64,000 bases of DNA from Octopus sinensis (taxonomy: Eukaryota), in contig NC_043010.1 in the NCBI RefSeq assembly GCF_006345805.1, forward strand, positions 7,130,001 through 7,194,000, given 5' to 3'. Both the position numbers and the translations under genes were made by a program. The notes beneath the pieces are model-generated. The model did no database searches. It was not told where the DNA came from and was given only the letters and a program-made list of their open reading frames with translations. This document shows positions 49,645 through 62,564 of the stretch, piece by piece (the stretch's first letter is position 1; every line of letters starts with the position of its first letter).

Positions 49645-50514
49645 CAGGGTGTGAAGGGTTAATTATCACCATTTTATACTTTCAATTTCACTCATGCATA
49701 TTGTTTGTTTTCAATTTTGTCAACTACACAGTGCAGTAGGGGCAATTAAGCACCCTCTGTGAGAAAAAAACAGCACCATGACACAATTCACTCTACTAGA
49801 AATTTGGAAGTGTGATGCTGTACTACTTGGCATTCATGCCAGAAGCTCCAATACAAACATTGCAGAGTGTCTGTGTGTCAATCTGAGGACAGTGCAATGC
49901 ACCAAGAGTGATAAAAATCAAACATCCAGTCAGCTTCATGGTGCTTGGAATGATCACTAGTGATGGTAATGTTATGCCTCCATTCCTCTTCTCCTCAGAC
50001 TCAACATGTAGGCCTACATCAAGTGACCAAAGGAGGTAATGCTGGCCTGGCTCAAGAGGGTTGCTGCTGGAAGACCCTATGTCTGGCAACTGGACTCAGC
50101 ACCATGCTACACAAGCAGGAGAACCCAGTCATGGCTGTCAGACAATTTCTGCAACCACATCACTCCTAACATCTGGCCACCTGACTCCCCAGACTGCAAT
50201 CCCTTTGATTATTGTGTGTGGGATGCAGTTGAGCGAGAGACCAACAAAACCCCTTGAAACACCAAAGATGAACTGAAGGCGAGGGTTATGACAGCATTCA
50301 CCAACTTAAATGAGGAGACTGTCCAGAAGGGGTGCAGGAGATTCCAAAGTCATCCGGAATCCATGATTGAAGCCAATGATGATTTTATTGAACAAATTTA
50401 CTCTTTTGTATTTCAAGATATTTTTATGTAATTTTGGTAAATATATCTCTTAAAATGAGATGTCAGTATTATTTTCATTTTTGTGTAATTTAGACGACAA
50501 TATATTCACTACAG

Positions 50515-50518
<4 letters not shown>
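49645..50518 (+). mobile_element. Internally deleted Tc1/mariner element, DD37D (maT) type
   Basis: WQLDSAP...WPPDSPDCNPFDY with 37 residues between the two Asp; N-terminal HTH remnant; TA-flanked cagggtg start; right TIR degraded. Confidence 0.85.
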
Positions 50519-50575
<57 letters not shown>

Positions 50576-50582
50576 ATATATA

Positions 50583-50686
<104 letters not shown>

Positions 50687-50725
50687 GTATTTACGTATGT
50701 ATATGTATGGGTGTGTGTGTGATTA

Positions 50726-50761
<36 letters not shown>

Positions 50762-51269
50762 TATGTATGGGTGTGTGTGTGTGTGTTTGTCTATGTATGC
50801 ATGTATGTGTGTGAGTGTAGCTGATATAGGCAAGCAGGCAGAGAGACAAACAGACAGACAGACAGACAGATAGATAGATAGATAGATAGATAGATCTAAT
50901 TCATTCATTTGTTAAATAATTTCAGTCTTTAGGTTTTGTAATGGAAGTGAACCCTTCAAAATGTTTACTAAATTACACTCTGACTCCAGTACTTCATCAA
51001 GTAGAAATATCAAAGAGGTGAATTCTTCGAATTGCTAATATCAACTTCAGCATAAACAGAAAGGGACATAACTGAAAGTACTTCAACACAGCAATTTACA
51101 CCATTATACTCATACGCACATTTTCAGTTATATATATAAATATATGTGTTTACGTGAGTGTGTGTGTGTGTGTGTGCCTGTGTGTGTGTGTGTGTTAGTA
51201 TCTGTGTCAGTGTAAATGGGTTGTTATGTGTGAATCTGTGTGTGTACATATGCATGTGAGTACGTGTGT

Positions 51270-51425
51270 CTATCATCATCATCATCATCATCATCGTTTA
51301 GCCTCCGCTTTCCATGCTGGCATGGGTTGGACGGTGCAACTGGGGTCTGGGAAGCCAGAAGGCTGCACCAGGCCCAGTTTGATCAGGCAATGTTTCTACG
51401 GCTGGATGCCCTTCCTAATGCCAAA
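51270..51425 (-). mobile_element. RTE 3' tail fragment
   Basis: (cat)n-cgtttagcctccgctttccatgctggcatggg... Confidence 0.85.
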
Positions 51426-51560
51426 AATGTATATGTATAACTGTACGTTTCTTTGAGATATATTTTTTATATTTTCCTTTGCAGAATTCAAGCCAGTTAC
51501 AAAGAGAGTGCCAAGGCTCTTCTGTTTAGCTCAAAGTTTGATGTTGCCTGGAATGGTTAA

Positions 51561-52019
51561 CCCTTTTGTTACCATATTTCTGTTGAAGTACTCTATCTTT
51601 ACTTCAATTAATTTTGAAAATAATGAAGAATTCAGCAAAATAGCTTTATCATTATTAATGGGATTTTGGAACATAAATTGACGCTATGTTCTGATGGAAG
51701 ATTTTAATTCAAAACTCTTGAAAACAAGACATTTGTAACACAGAACAAGGCGGTGAGCTGGCAGAAACGTTAGCACACCGGGCAAAATGCTTAGCGGTAT
51801 TTCGTCTGCCATTGCGTTCTGAGTTCATATTCCGCCGAGGTCAACTTTGCCTTTCATCCTTTCAGGGTCGATAAATTAAGTACCAGTTATGTACTGGGGT
51901 TGATGTAATCGACTTAATCCCTTTGTCTGTCATTGTTTGTCCCCTCTATGTTTAGCCCCTTGTGGGCAATAAAGAAATAAGAGCAAGAGGCAGTCTTAGG
52001 TAGGTTGGTACCAAAAGAG
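51561..52019. mobile_element. piggyBac MITE interrupted by SINE B (51750-51980)
   Basis: ttaa|cccttttgttacc...ggtaccaaaagag|ttaa; SINE flanked by gaacaag/gagcaag. Confidence 0.85.
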
Positions 52020-52029
52020 TTAATATAGG

Positions 52030-52328
52030 TTTCAAATTTTGGCACAAGGCTAGCAGTTTTGGGGAAGAGAGTAAGTCAATTTCATGGACACCAATGCCCA
52101 ACTGGTACTTATCTTATTGACCCTGAAAGATTGAAAGGCAAACCTTGGTAGATTGTTGAACTCAGAATGTAAAAACAGACGAAATATTGATAAGCAATAT
52201 TTATCAACCCCGAAAGGATGAAAGGCAAAGTCGACCTCGGCGGAATTTGAACTCAGAAGGTAACGACAGACAAAATACCACTAAGCATTTCGCCCGGCAC
52301 GCTAACGTTTCTGCCAGCTCACCGCCTT
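52030..52328 (-). mobile_element. Old SINE B2 followed by the 5' half of a younger SINE B
   Basis: ggcacaagg..., ccccgaaaggatgaaaggcaaagtcgacctcggcggaatttgaactc...ctgccagctcaccgcc. Confidence 0.8.
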
Positions 52329-52952
52329 ATCAGCTAAAATGTGTTAACAACAAACAAGATGAGGACAAATATCTGTCAAATGTAAATAACAAAAATAACC
52401 CCTTAAATGTTTTACAAATTTTTACTCTTCCTCTCATCAAATAACAAGGAGAATGCAAATCAGTCTGATCCGTCCTTTCCTTGCAGATTTGGAGAATCCA
52501 AGTATTTTCTGGATCTGGTGGTTATTATAATCACTGTATAAAGTGCAACAGAAAGTGTAGGCATCTGAAACAAAACATTAAATTTAACACTGACCATCAA
52601 ATTTTAGTTGTGTTGGCTATAAGCATTCAATGTTGTTTATTGAAAACTATCTTATTATCTGATTGATTTGAGGCTAATCAACAACAACAATGATGTCAAC
52701 ATGAACAACAATAAAACCACTAAAAAAGTAAAAAATTAAAAGACACATAAAATTTGACATGTTACTTGTAAATATAATTAAAGTTCTTTGCAATATGATA
52801 AATAATGCTGGAAATATACTCTTTACATTGAGACTAATATCAGGTAATGTTACATATACAGAATAAATATAATATTGCTTTTTTGAAATTTCATGGGTTT
52901 ATATATAATTATGAAATGAAAACTACTATTCAAAATGAGGAATAAATTATTT

Positions 52953-53259
52953 TCAGGCATGGCCAAGTGTTTAAGAATCTTACTTTGTAACCACAGGGCT
53001 TCAGATTCAATCCCTCAGCATGGCACCTTGGGCAAGCATCTTCTATTATTGCCCTGGGTCATTGACAGAAATTCACAACTTGTGTTAGTTTGTTTATGTC
53101 CATATAACTTAGCAGTTCAGCAAAGCGGCCACTTGAATAAGTAACAAAGTTTAAAAGAAAAAATGGATTATGGTCAATCTGTTTGACTAAAGCCTTTGAA
53201 GGCAGTATCCCAGCATGGCTGCAGTCCAATGACTGAAACAAGTAAAAGATATAAAAGAT
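52953..53259 (+). mobile_element. Old, internally deleted SINE A
   Basis: ggcaccttgggcaagcatctt and ccagcatggctgcagtccaatgactgaaacaagtaaaag. Confidence 0.7.
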
Positions 53260-53737
53260 TAAAATTATTATAAAGCAATTCTTTTCATTTCTACATTTGC
53301 AATAAATGTACATCAAATATATCAATAATGTTTAAATATCAATTAATTACAGATGTGACTCTCTCTGTAATTAGTTCTAGTAGCATAAGTATATTTCCAA
53401 CATTACTTATCATATGATAAGTAATCCTATAATTAATACAAGTAACCAAGGGAGATAAATCCAGTAAGGTCAGAGTTATTTCCCTTGAGAGAGAAACCAA
53501 TAGAGAGAGATGGATACACACTGCCAATTATATTAAAAGAAAAGTATAATTCATATTATGGAATTCATTAATCATTGCCAATCATTCTCTCCAACCACCT
53601 GAATATAAACAATGGTTATTTTCCGTAAAAACCAAAAGCAAATAAAAACAGTATAATTCATAGTGTAAAACAATATAAAAACCGTACAAATTAACACAAT
53701 ATCACAGTTGTAAATAATAGGGTTTAAACAAATGTCA

Positions 53738-53751
53738 TCATAATTCGTCTC
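53738..53751 (-). CDS. Candidate terminal micro-CDS encoding xDEL* (R/G-D-E-L)
   Basis: catttttattgtag acceptor, then (N)GA GAC GAA TTA TGA; followed by unique, repeat-poor, UTR-like sequence. Confidence 0.25.
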
Positions 53752-54805
53752 CTACAATAAAAATGTTGCATATTCCTTCATTGGCAGTGCATGTGCCAGC
53801 TAATTAAATAGAACATTTAATGAATAAAGGCAATAAATAAAGCAGCATTTTAATATTACAGTCGTAGATAGATATAAGAGAAGGCAAATAATTGAGAAAT
53901 CGTACCAATGCAAACGAGACACTCAACATTTTAACAAACAAATCATATATAATGAAGTGAACTTAATTGAACTGCATTGCATTAAACGCCAGTTCGAGAG
54001 CTGAAATACATCATTTATAATAGTTGAACATGACATAAATATTAATATCATACACACACAATCTATATGATGATAACAGCAAGTCAACAAACAGTATTTC
54101 CACTGAGAAAACAACAAAAATGTATATACATGTATATACATATATTCTCAAAAGAGAAAAAATAATTCGGGATAAGATGGAAGATCCACTGTAAAGTAAT
54201 AAACGAATATGAAGGTCAGACTAGACATCTTAAACATCACATTACTAGGAAGTCTTGTGATGGGAACAATCAGAAAAACAAAGAACGGTCAACATGGCAT
54301 AAACATTGAGAAATGGTATGGCATGGATTGCTTTATTTCAATTAAAAATATTCATAAATTTCTCTTAAAGTAGAGAGGATGTCAACAAAAGAACCAGCAA
54401 AATAAATTTAATCTCTTCAAAATTAGCAACCAATATAAAAAAAAAAGAGATCCATAGCATCAGAGTAGAAACTTCACATAAGGATAATTTTATTTGAAAC
54501 TACGTTCATGTTCATGTTGACAAATAAGATGTGAATGTACTTCAGGAAATACATATATATACATAAAGACATACATACATATACATATGTTCTCATATAT
54601 ATATATATATATGGATGTATCTATGCATATATGTATATATGTATGTATATATGTATATATGTATATATGTATATACATATACATACATACATATACATAT
54701 ATATATATATATTATATATATATATATATATATCATATATATATATATACATATATATACACACACATGTATGTGAATGTGTATGTATGTATGTATGTAT
54801 GTGTG

Positions 54806-54843
<38 letters not shown>

Positions 54844-54860
54844 TATATATAATATATATA

Positions 54861-54893
<33 letters not shown>

Positions 54894-55323
54894 ATGTATG
54901 TATGTATATATGTAATATATATATGTGTGTATGTATATATGTAATATATATATGTGTGTGTATGTATGTATGTATGTATATATGCATGCATTTAGCTACA
55001 AAAACCAGAAGTAAAATATAGTACTCAACATGAAATGTGGAGTCAGATATAAAATTTTAATGAAGCTGAAAAAATTTCAAAAACAATTATTCTGAGTTTT
55101 ATGTTTCCTGCAGATCAGAGACATGAAACTCAAAAGTAATGACTTGCAGAGTTTTTTTTTCTGCTGCAATAAAATCATATATAGTATCTGCCTGTGTATG
55201 AACATATAAATGAATATATTAATAGTGTGTGTGTATTGTATGTATATATGTATATATATACATATTATAAATATATATATATTATATTATATATATATAT
55301 ATATATTATATATATATACATAG

Positions 55324-55363
<40 letters not shown>

Positions 55364-55531
55364 CACACACACATATATATAGACATATACACATATATAT
55401 ATATATATATATTATATATATTATGTATATATACATATATATACATACATATATATGTATATATATATACATATATATGTATATATATATGTATATATAC
55501 ATATATAGTGTATATATATATATATACATGC

Positions 55532-55592
<61 letters not shown>

Positions 55593-56179
55593 TGTGTATG
55601 TGTCTGCGTGTGTGAATAAGTAATATATATATATATATATGTATAAATTATATATATATGTGTGTGTGTATGTGTTTGTGCATATATGTTTGAGTCCATG
55701 CTTATGCTGCTAAGCACTCTACAGGTGTCAAACCAATGGATATTCTCTGACTGACCATAAAAGAGGACCTTCTAAATACATTTACACACACACACACACT
55801 CACACATGCACACACGCATACACATATTCACAATATTCACCTCTACCCCATCATTAACTATCTGTTGCCCTTCTCTCACACCCTCATGTACCTACCAACC
55901 CACTCAGAGAGTTGTGGGTGTTGATTTTATGGCACCTGCATTAGGAGAGTAACTTATACCTCGGATGAGTAAAAAGGAAACCCCTTAGACTAAATGAATA
56001 GAAATTAAATTATGACTGAAGAAACAGATTTAGTGTTGTGAGAGAATGAAAGTAGAGTAACAGAGAGAATGGTGTTGGTGATAAATAATGGAGATGAACT
56101 CACCCACCAGCTATTCTATTGTGCAATGTTTGAGAAGAGTTGGATGGGAGTGGGTTAAAGTTTTCCAATTTAGTTGAAA

Positions 56180-56335
56180 TAGGCACAGGCATGGCTGTGT
56201 GGTAAGAAGCTTGCTTCCCAACCACATGATTCTGGGTTCAGTCCCACTGTGTGGCACCTTTGGCGAGTTCTACTATTATAGCCTCAAGCCTTGTGAGTGG
56301 ATTTGGTATACAGAAACTGAAAGTAGTTTGTCATA
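56180..56335 (+). mobile_element. SINE A head, ending at its internal (TA)n
   Basis: ggcacaggcatggctgtgtggtaag...gaaactgaaag. Confidence 0.8.
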
Positions 56336-56344
56336 TATATATAT

Positions 56345-56384
<40 letters not shown>

Positions 56385-56775
56385 CATCATCATCATCATC
56401 ATCATCGTTTAACGTCTACTTTCCATGCTGGCATGGGTTGGACAGTTCAACTGGGGTCTGGGAAGCCCGAAGGCTGCACCAGGCCAGTCAGATCTGGCAG
56501 TGTTTCTACAGCTGGATGCCTTTCCTAATGCCAACCACTCCGTGAGTGTAGTGGGTGCTTTTTATGTGCCACCGACACAGGTGCCAGACGAGTCTGGCGA
56601 ACGGCCACGCTCGGATGGTGTTTTTTTTTGCTTTCGACACAGGTGCCAGACGAGGCTGGCGAACGGCCATGCTCGGATGGTGTTTTTTACGTGCCACCAG
56701 CACGGAGGCCAGGCGAGGCTGGCACGGCCACGATCGGATGGTGTTTGTTACGTGCCCACAGCACGGAGGCCAAAC
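56385..56775 (-). mobile_element. RTE 3' tail with about four tandem ~58-bp units
   Basis: acaggtgccagacgag.ctggcgaacggcca.gctcggatggtg repeated. Confidence 0.85.
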
Positions 56776-57515
56776 ATATATATATATATATATATATATG
56801 GGGCGGTCTTTCCCCCACCACATGCATAACAACAGATGCATATGAAATCAAACAGACACATATAACTCCCCTCACTTACACATACATGCATAAGCACATA
56901 ATATCTCAAAAACACGTATAGACATACATACATCTACCTATGCAAGTCAATGATGAAGCCTGTACATATTAACTTGACTAGCTAGAAACAACAGCCGAAT
57001 TACACCTGTGTCAGAGTGAGTAATAAAACAACACAGAAAAGGAACACTCTAAAATCAAATGTCTACTGACTTGTAGGTATCATTTTATTGACGAAGTCTT
57101 TAGAAAGAGATTTCTGGTATAAAACCTAAGGTTGAAATACTTACTAGTCAAGCTGCTTGTGACAAGATATTTGACAAGAGTCACTTAGAGAGGTGTGCGA
57201 TATGCATTGTACAAGCATATAGGACAATTATCCAATAATGTACAATTTGCTCAGCATTTCATCTTATTCTGTTTTCTCTTTAGATTGATTGAATGAAAAT
57301 ATTAAAACTACAAACTTAAGTACAAGTCTCAATATATGAAATAGTAGAGTTTAGAATTTTGGTATTTATTTCTTCATTTTAGCTGTAAGTTATGTTTACT
57401 TGAGCATTTGTGTGTCTATACATGCATTCGTACACACACAACACACATATATACACATATAAATATATGCAAATACATAATTATATATATATATTTTCAA
57501 ATACATGTATGTATG

Positions 57516-57579
<64 letters not shown>

Positions 57580-58231
57580 AAATGAATATGTGTATATATA
57601 TATTTATATTAGAAGAAATGAGGTACTCAGAAAATCAGATGGTTTATATTTACAGATATCTATTTATATATACACACATGTGGGCATATGTGTGTGGATG
57701 TGCATGCCTGCATACCTTAGAATGTTTAAATATAAATGTGAAAGAAATATAACTAAATCTTGTTTGTTAATTAACTGATGTTCTGTAAAGAAGGATAAAA
57801 ACAGTTTACAAAGCCCAAATTTTAATTTGACATGAAATGAAATAATAAAAGGTAACAAAATTTAGAAACGGAATAAATAATGTTGTTATTCAGTCAATAA
57901 AAAGAAATCATCTTATAAAGGGATCAATTTTCTCTTATATTGTTAAAGCAAAATATTTGCATGTTTTTGCGGATATTCATTATGCCTATTGTGATTGGCT
58001 TTATTAACAAATTGTCACAAACAATGTCACAATATCTAGTCATGCTATACCAGGCTTCGGTATTCAGTCATTAGAGTGCATTTCATTTTTAGTGAAGATG
58101 ATAAATTTGCTGAACCCATAGACTTATACTCGGTGTTCAAATCCTAACATTGCTTTTTACATACTTGGTGTATTATTGATTAAGAATTAGTATTATTTGG
58201 CTAATTATTTGACTAAAAGGCAGTGAGCGGA

Positions 58232-58735
58232 CAGAATACCTTCCATCAGGCATTTGCCATATTCTGAATGCCTTACTTCCCTGGGCATGGACACATTGAA
58301 ACTCCGACATCTGGCAGCTGACTTGGCAGACACACATAAAATTATCAACTATCGTACAAACAATAACTCTGAGCACCTTTTCAAACTCCACCTGTCTAAC
58401 ACCCATGGACATGATTACAAAGTCAGAAAGCGGCATGGCTCCCATGACTTTCGGAAACATTTTTTCACGCTAAGAGTTGCTGAAGCATGGAACAAACTGC
58501 CGGCATCAGTTGTTAGTAGTCGGAGCACTGCATCCTTCAAAACTTCCATGCTTCCTGAGAGATTCGCCAACACAACACCTGATTTTCTCCCCTCCATACA
58601 CATGCAAGCATGTATCTGACTCATACACTGTTCGCTTCCCAGACATTTGTACATTACTGCATATACTTTATACACACTTTTTGACAAATTATGGAGCACC
58701 TGAGCACTGTATACAATAATTTCATTATTATTATT
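58232..58735 (+). mobile_element. Short 3' copy of the CR1 LINE at 42170
   Basis: LPYSECLTSLGMDTLKLRHLAADL...FFTLRVAEAWNKLP; same 3' UTR and (att)n. Confidence 0.92.
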
Positions 58736-58744
58736 TTAATGATT

Positions 58745-58900
58745 GACATACCAGACAAAATGCTAAGTAACATTTCTTCTGGTTTTACATTCTCAGTTCA
58801 AATACCACCAACGTTGATTACTTTTCATTCTTTTGGGGTCGATGAAATAAGTACCACCCTCAAAATTTCTGGCCTCGTGTCAATAGTAGAAAGGATCATT
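58745..58900 (+). mobile_element. Old SINE B2 (another at ~59385-59570)
   Basis: ttacattctcagttcaaat...ggggtcgatgaaataagtacc...tggcctcgtgtc. Confidence 0.65.
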
Positions 58901-59049
58901 ACTATTGTTGGTTTACTTCTCAGAGGGCTCAGTCTTCTTTGCTTCAGTTGATTCTGTGAGAGTAGACAGCAGTCTGTTATCAAAGGTCTTACAGAGTCTC
59001 TTCTGCATATTATGAGCTTTGATAATTATTATGGAAGACAGGTGTAGTG

Positions 59050-59122
59050 TAGCCTCGGGCCGACCAATGCCATGTGAGTGGATTTGATAGACGGAAACTG
59101 AAAGAAGCCTGTCGTATATATG

Positions 59123-59155
<33 letters not shown>

Positions 59156-59366
59156 TTGTGTGTCTGTGTTTGTCCCACTAGCATTGCTTGACAACCGATG
59201 CTGGTGTATTTATGTCCCCGTTACTTAGCGGTTCGGCAAAAGAGACCGATAGAATAAGTACTGGGCTTACAAAAAGAATAAGTCCCGGGGTCGATTTGCT
59301 CGACTAAAGGCGGTGCTCCAGCATGGCCGCAGTCAAATGACTGAAACAAGTAAAAGAGAAAGAGAG
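59050..59366 (+). mobile_element. 5'-truncated young SINE A
   Basis: tagcctcgggccgaccaatgcc to the tail. Confidence 0.9.
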
Positions 59367-59576
59367 TATTAGATCACAGTGAGTCTGCAGAAACATTAGC
59401 AATGCCAAACAACATGCTTAGCGATATTTCTGCAGGTTCTTTATATTCTCAGTTTAAATCTTGTTGAGGTCAACTTTACCCTTTGTCTTTAAAGGGTCAA
59501 TAAAATGAGTACCAGTTGAGCACTGGGGTCAATGAAATTCACTTACCCCCTCCCCCATATTACTGGCTTATAATTA

Positions 59577-60315
59577 TTGAGTGAGAGAGCAGTGCATACC
59601 ATCAAAGGGACACTGGGGTAAAATATACAAAGCCCAGTATACCCATCATGACTACCCGTCTGATAAGGGTACACTACACACATGCATCACAACCATATGT
59701 GCACAGCATGGTGATCTTATATCAAGATAAGCAGTGCATGACCTTGCAGGTGAGGCCAGTTAGAATTTTTTTCAGGTTGAGTAGCCCATTCTGCTCAAAA
59801 GGTCCCTGAATAAGGTGTGTTTAAGGATGATGAGCAAGACACCTGTTTTCTAGAGGTGAATTATTCAAACCCCACAAAATTCTTCTCATGGCTATGATAC
59901 TCCCCCACTACTTCTGCTCATGATCAAGGATGCACATATTATCAGCCACCAAGGGACATGCTCAACTGGTTAAGGTCAAACAACTGACAAGCAAATCTGT
60001 GATATTGAGCAGAATATTTGCTGTAGCCCATCTTTTACACCAAGACAAAATATATACATGGTAACACTTCCAGTCAGAAGCCATGAGAGCCATTGCCAGG
60101 TACTGCATCAGGGAATTTATTATTTATATTATTATTATTATTATTATTAACATATGTTTGACTTTTGCTTTGTATTTGTGCAAGTCGGCTCCAAGTCTCA
60201 CCCAGAGACCTCAGGAGACAACAAGTTAGAAGTTCATGTTGATGTTATGCCTAGAGTGTCATATATTTTGTTTTGTACATTGTGTTCTAAAGAATGTTTG
60301 TTTTAAAATCTGAGA
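59577..60315 (-). mobile_element. Two repeat-like segments (59577-60118 and 60150-60315), each ending in (AAT)n on the minus strand; probable R4/Dong-type LINE ends or dependent SINE
   Basis: GC-richer non-coding blocks bounded by (TAT)n; minus-strand 3' ends ...ctctctcactcaataat and ...caaaagtcaaacatatgttaataat. Clade assignment is inference. Confidence 0.4.
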
Positions 60316-60849
60316 TTACTATTATTATTATTGTTGATAGTAGTAGTAGTAGTAGTAGTAGTAGTAGCGTTATTATCGTCTAATATATTTATTCACATTG
60401 CCAAATACGAATTAAAAGATTGAGTTTCAGACAAATTAATTTTGATGACATTTAAATGAAAGTATCTTAGTAAGGTTTATAGTAGCCAATTTACTGTAAA
60501 TGTAGTAATATTTAGTAAAAAGCGTAACCAAAACAAATACTTTGAATACTACCCTTGTAATAGGATGTGGATAGCTATGAAAATTTACCATTTCTACTCA
60601 TAGTTTTATCTTAAACATACCAGTAAATGGATATATAATATTACATTTTATCCAAAATCTGTTTCAAAATAAATCTCTTTATTTAGTTTTGAGTATTCTC
60701 AGACTGAAAAGAAAACAGTGCAAAATTTTAGGTTTTTGTCTTAAAACAATGCAAACAGACCATAGACATAACATATAAATGTATCCTGTGTGCAATGTTT
60801 CCACAAGAATGGTATGTTCATCAATGGAGGTAGAAGTGACTAACACACC

Positions 60850-60882
<33 letters not shown>

Positions 60883-60933
60883 CACACATATATATATATA
60901 TATATACACATATATATACATATATATATATAT

Positions 60934-60967
<34 letters not shown>

Positions 60968-60992
60968 ACATACACATATATATATACATATA

Positions 60993-61065
<73 letters not shown>

Positions 61066-61562
61066 TATATATCTGTTTATATATATATGTGTGTGTGTGG
61101 TGTATATATATATTTGTTTCTTTAAAATTAAAAATAACATCATCAGTATGTGGTCTTTTAAAATACTGTTATGAAATAATAGATTCCATAGAATTTTCCA
61201 TAATAAATATTTGATACTTTTTTCTTTATTTTTACACATAGAAAATGAAAATGTGAAAATATTAAATATATATATTTACCAATAGCATGAATTATTGCAG
61301 CTTGTTCTGGATCATGTGTAGCCATAACTTCAAGACGAGTTTATGTTTATGTTTTTCAGAAGCTCACAGTTTTATGAAGTTAGATACAGTTTTGCACTTA
61401 TAAATTTTGGACAAATATTAACTGACATTACACACACTTTGATAATATGCTTTTTTGCATGATCTAGCATGATCATGACTTTGATTGTTTAGTCAAATAT
61501 ATATATATATAAAGTCAAATATATATATTATATATATATATGTATATATGTATATATATGTA

Positions 61563-61639
<77 letters not shown>

Positions 61640-61692
61640 GTATATATGTATAAAATAATGAGCTAGAGTTTGATACCTGGATATTTTTATTT

Positions 61693-61973
61693 TTATGGTT
61701 CTCGTCTCTTTGGTAGAGCTGGCAATGGCTTGGAGTAAGATGTGAAACTATTCCTCATGGGTAGATTCCATGGATGTCTTGACTTCTTGGAATTGGCATT
61801 GTTTACTCGTATTGATTTGAGATCAATGATATCTTTACTGTTAGTGCTTAAACCAACATCAGTTTTATAAGAACACCTGGTAGTAATTTTACTTTCCTTT
61901 GGTTGATTAATTACCTGAGGTAAAGACTTTCGCCCTGTATCTTGGATTGGTTCTAGTTTAACTAATTTGATAC
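61693..61973 (-). CDS. Probable terminal coding exon of an unidentified host gene ([20 protein letters not shown]...[27 protein letters not shown])
   Basis: Strong acceptor ttttaatttttgtttttttgcag; phase-1 frame open for 92 codons directly from the acceptor to TAA in very AT-rich DNA; AATAAA right after the stop. Confidence 0.6.
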
Positions 61974-62564
61974 CTGCAAAAAAACAAAAATTAAAATTGA
62001 GTGCAATGTAATGTAATTAACAAAAATCTTAATTCTGTGGAGAGAATATTTTGATACTTGCAGAAATGGTATTGTCTGCACATGCGCCCAAACACACAGA
62101 TGCACAAAGGCATACACATGTGCATTCATGCATATACTCATACTCATATACACCTATGCATACATGCATACATACTCACATACACCTATGCATACATGCA
62201 TACATACACATGCATGCATACATACATACATACATGCATACATACAAACAAAAATACCCTGGTATTAATGTTGAAATTCCAATGAAGGAGCCTTGGGTCT
62301 AGGTTATAAACCATCTCTTTCTCTATTAGCAAGAAATCTTGATACAAAACTGAACAATGTACATACATACAAGCATGCATGCATAGATAGATAGATAGAT
62401 AGACAGATAGATAGATAATGGTTTGTAGAATGAATTTCAACAAAAGAGACGAAGTATATGAAATATCATGTAAGATGAATTCTAGCTTTGCTGAAACCAT
62501 CTCTGTTTCCAGAAAAGTTAAACAAACACATAATAGTAATAGCCATTTGATATATATATATATA

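Noticed and set aside
53402-53425. Perfect 24-bp palindrome attacttatcatatgataagtaat
   Set aside because: Short and AT-rich with no context; plausible by chance or local snap-back.
53570-53751. Minus-strand frame containing CLNPIIY (GPCR TM7-like)
   Set aside because: The following residues are not helix-8-like and no upstream TM segments are visible; T-rich strands give hydrophobic frames by default.
56575-56775. Regularly spaced GC-rich repeats resembling a CRISPR array
   Set aside because: Units are contiguous with no unique spacers and belong to the RTE 3' UTR; eukaryotic context, no cas genes.
57103-57191. Open plus-strand frame KEISGIKPKVEILTSQAACDKIFDKSHLE
   Set aside because: Weak acceptor and donor (GTGTGC); no recognisable family.
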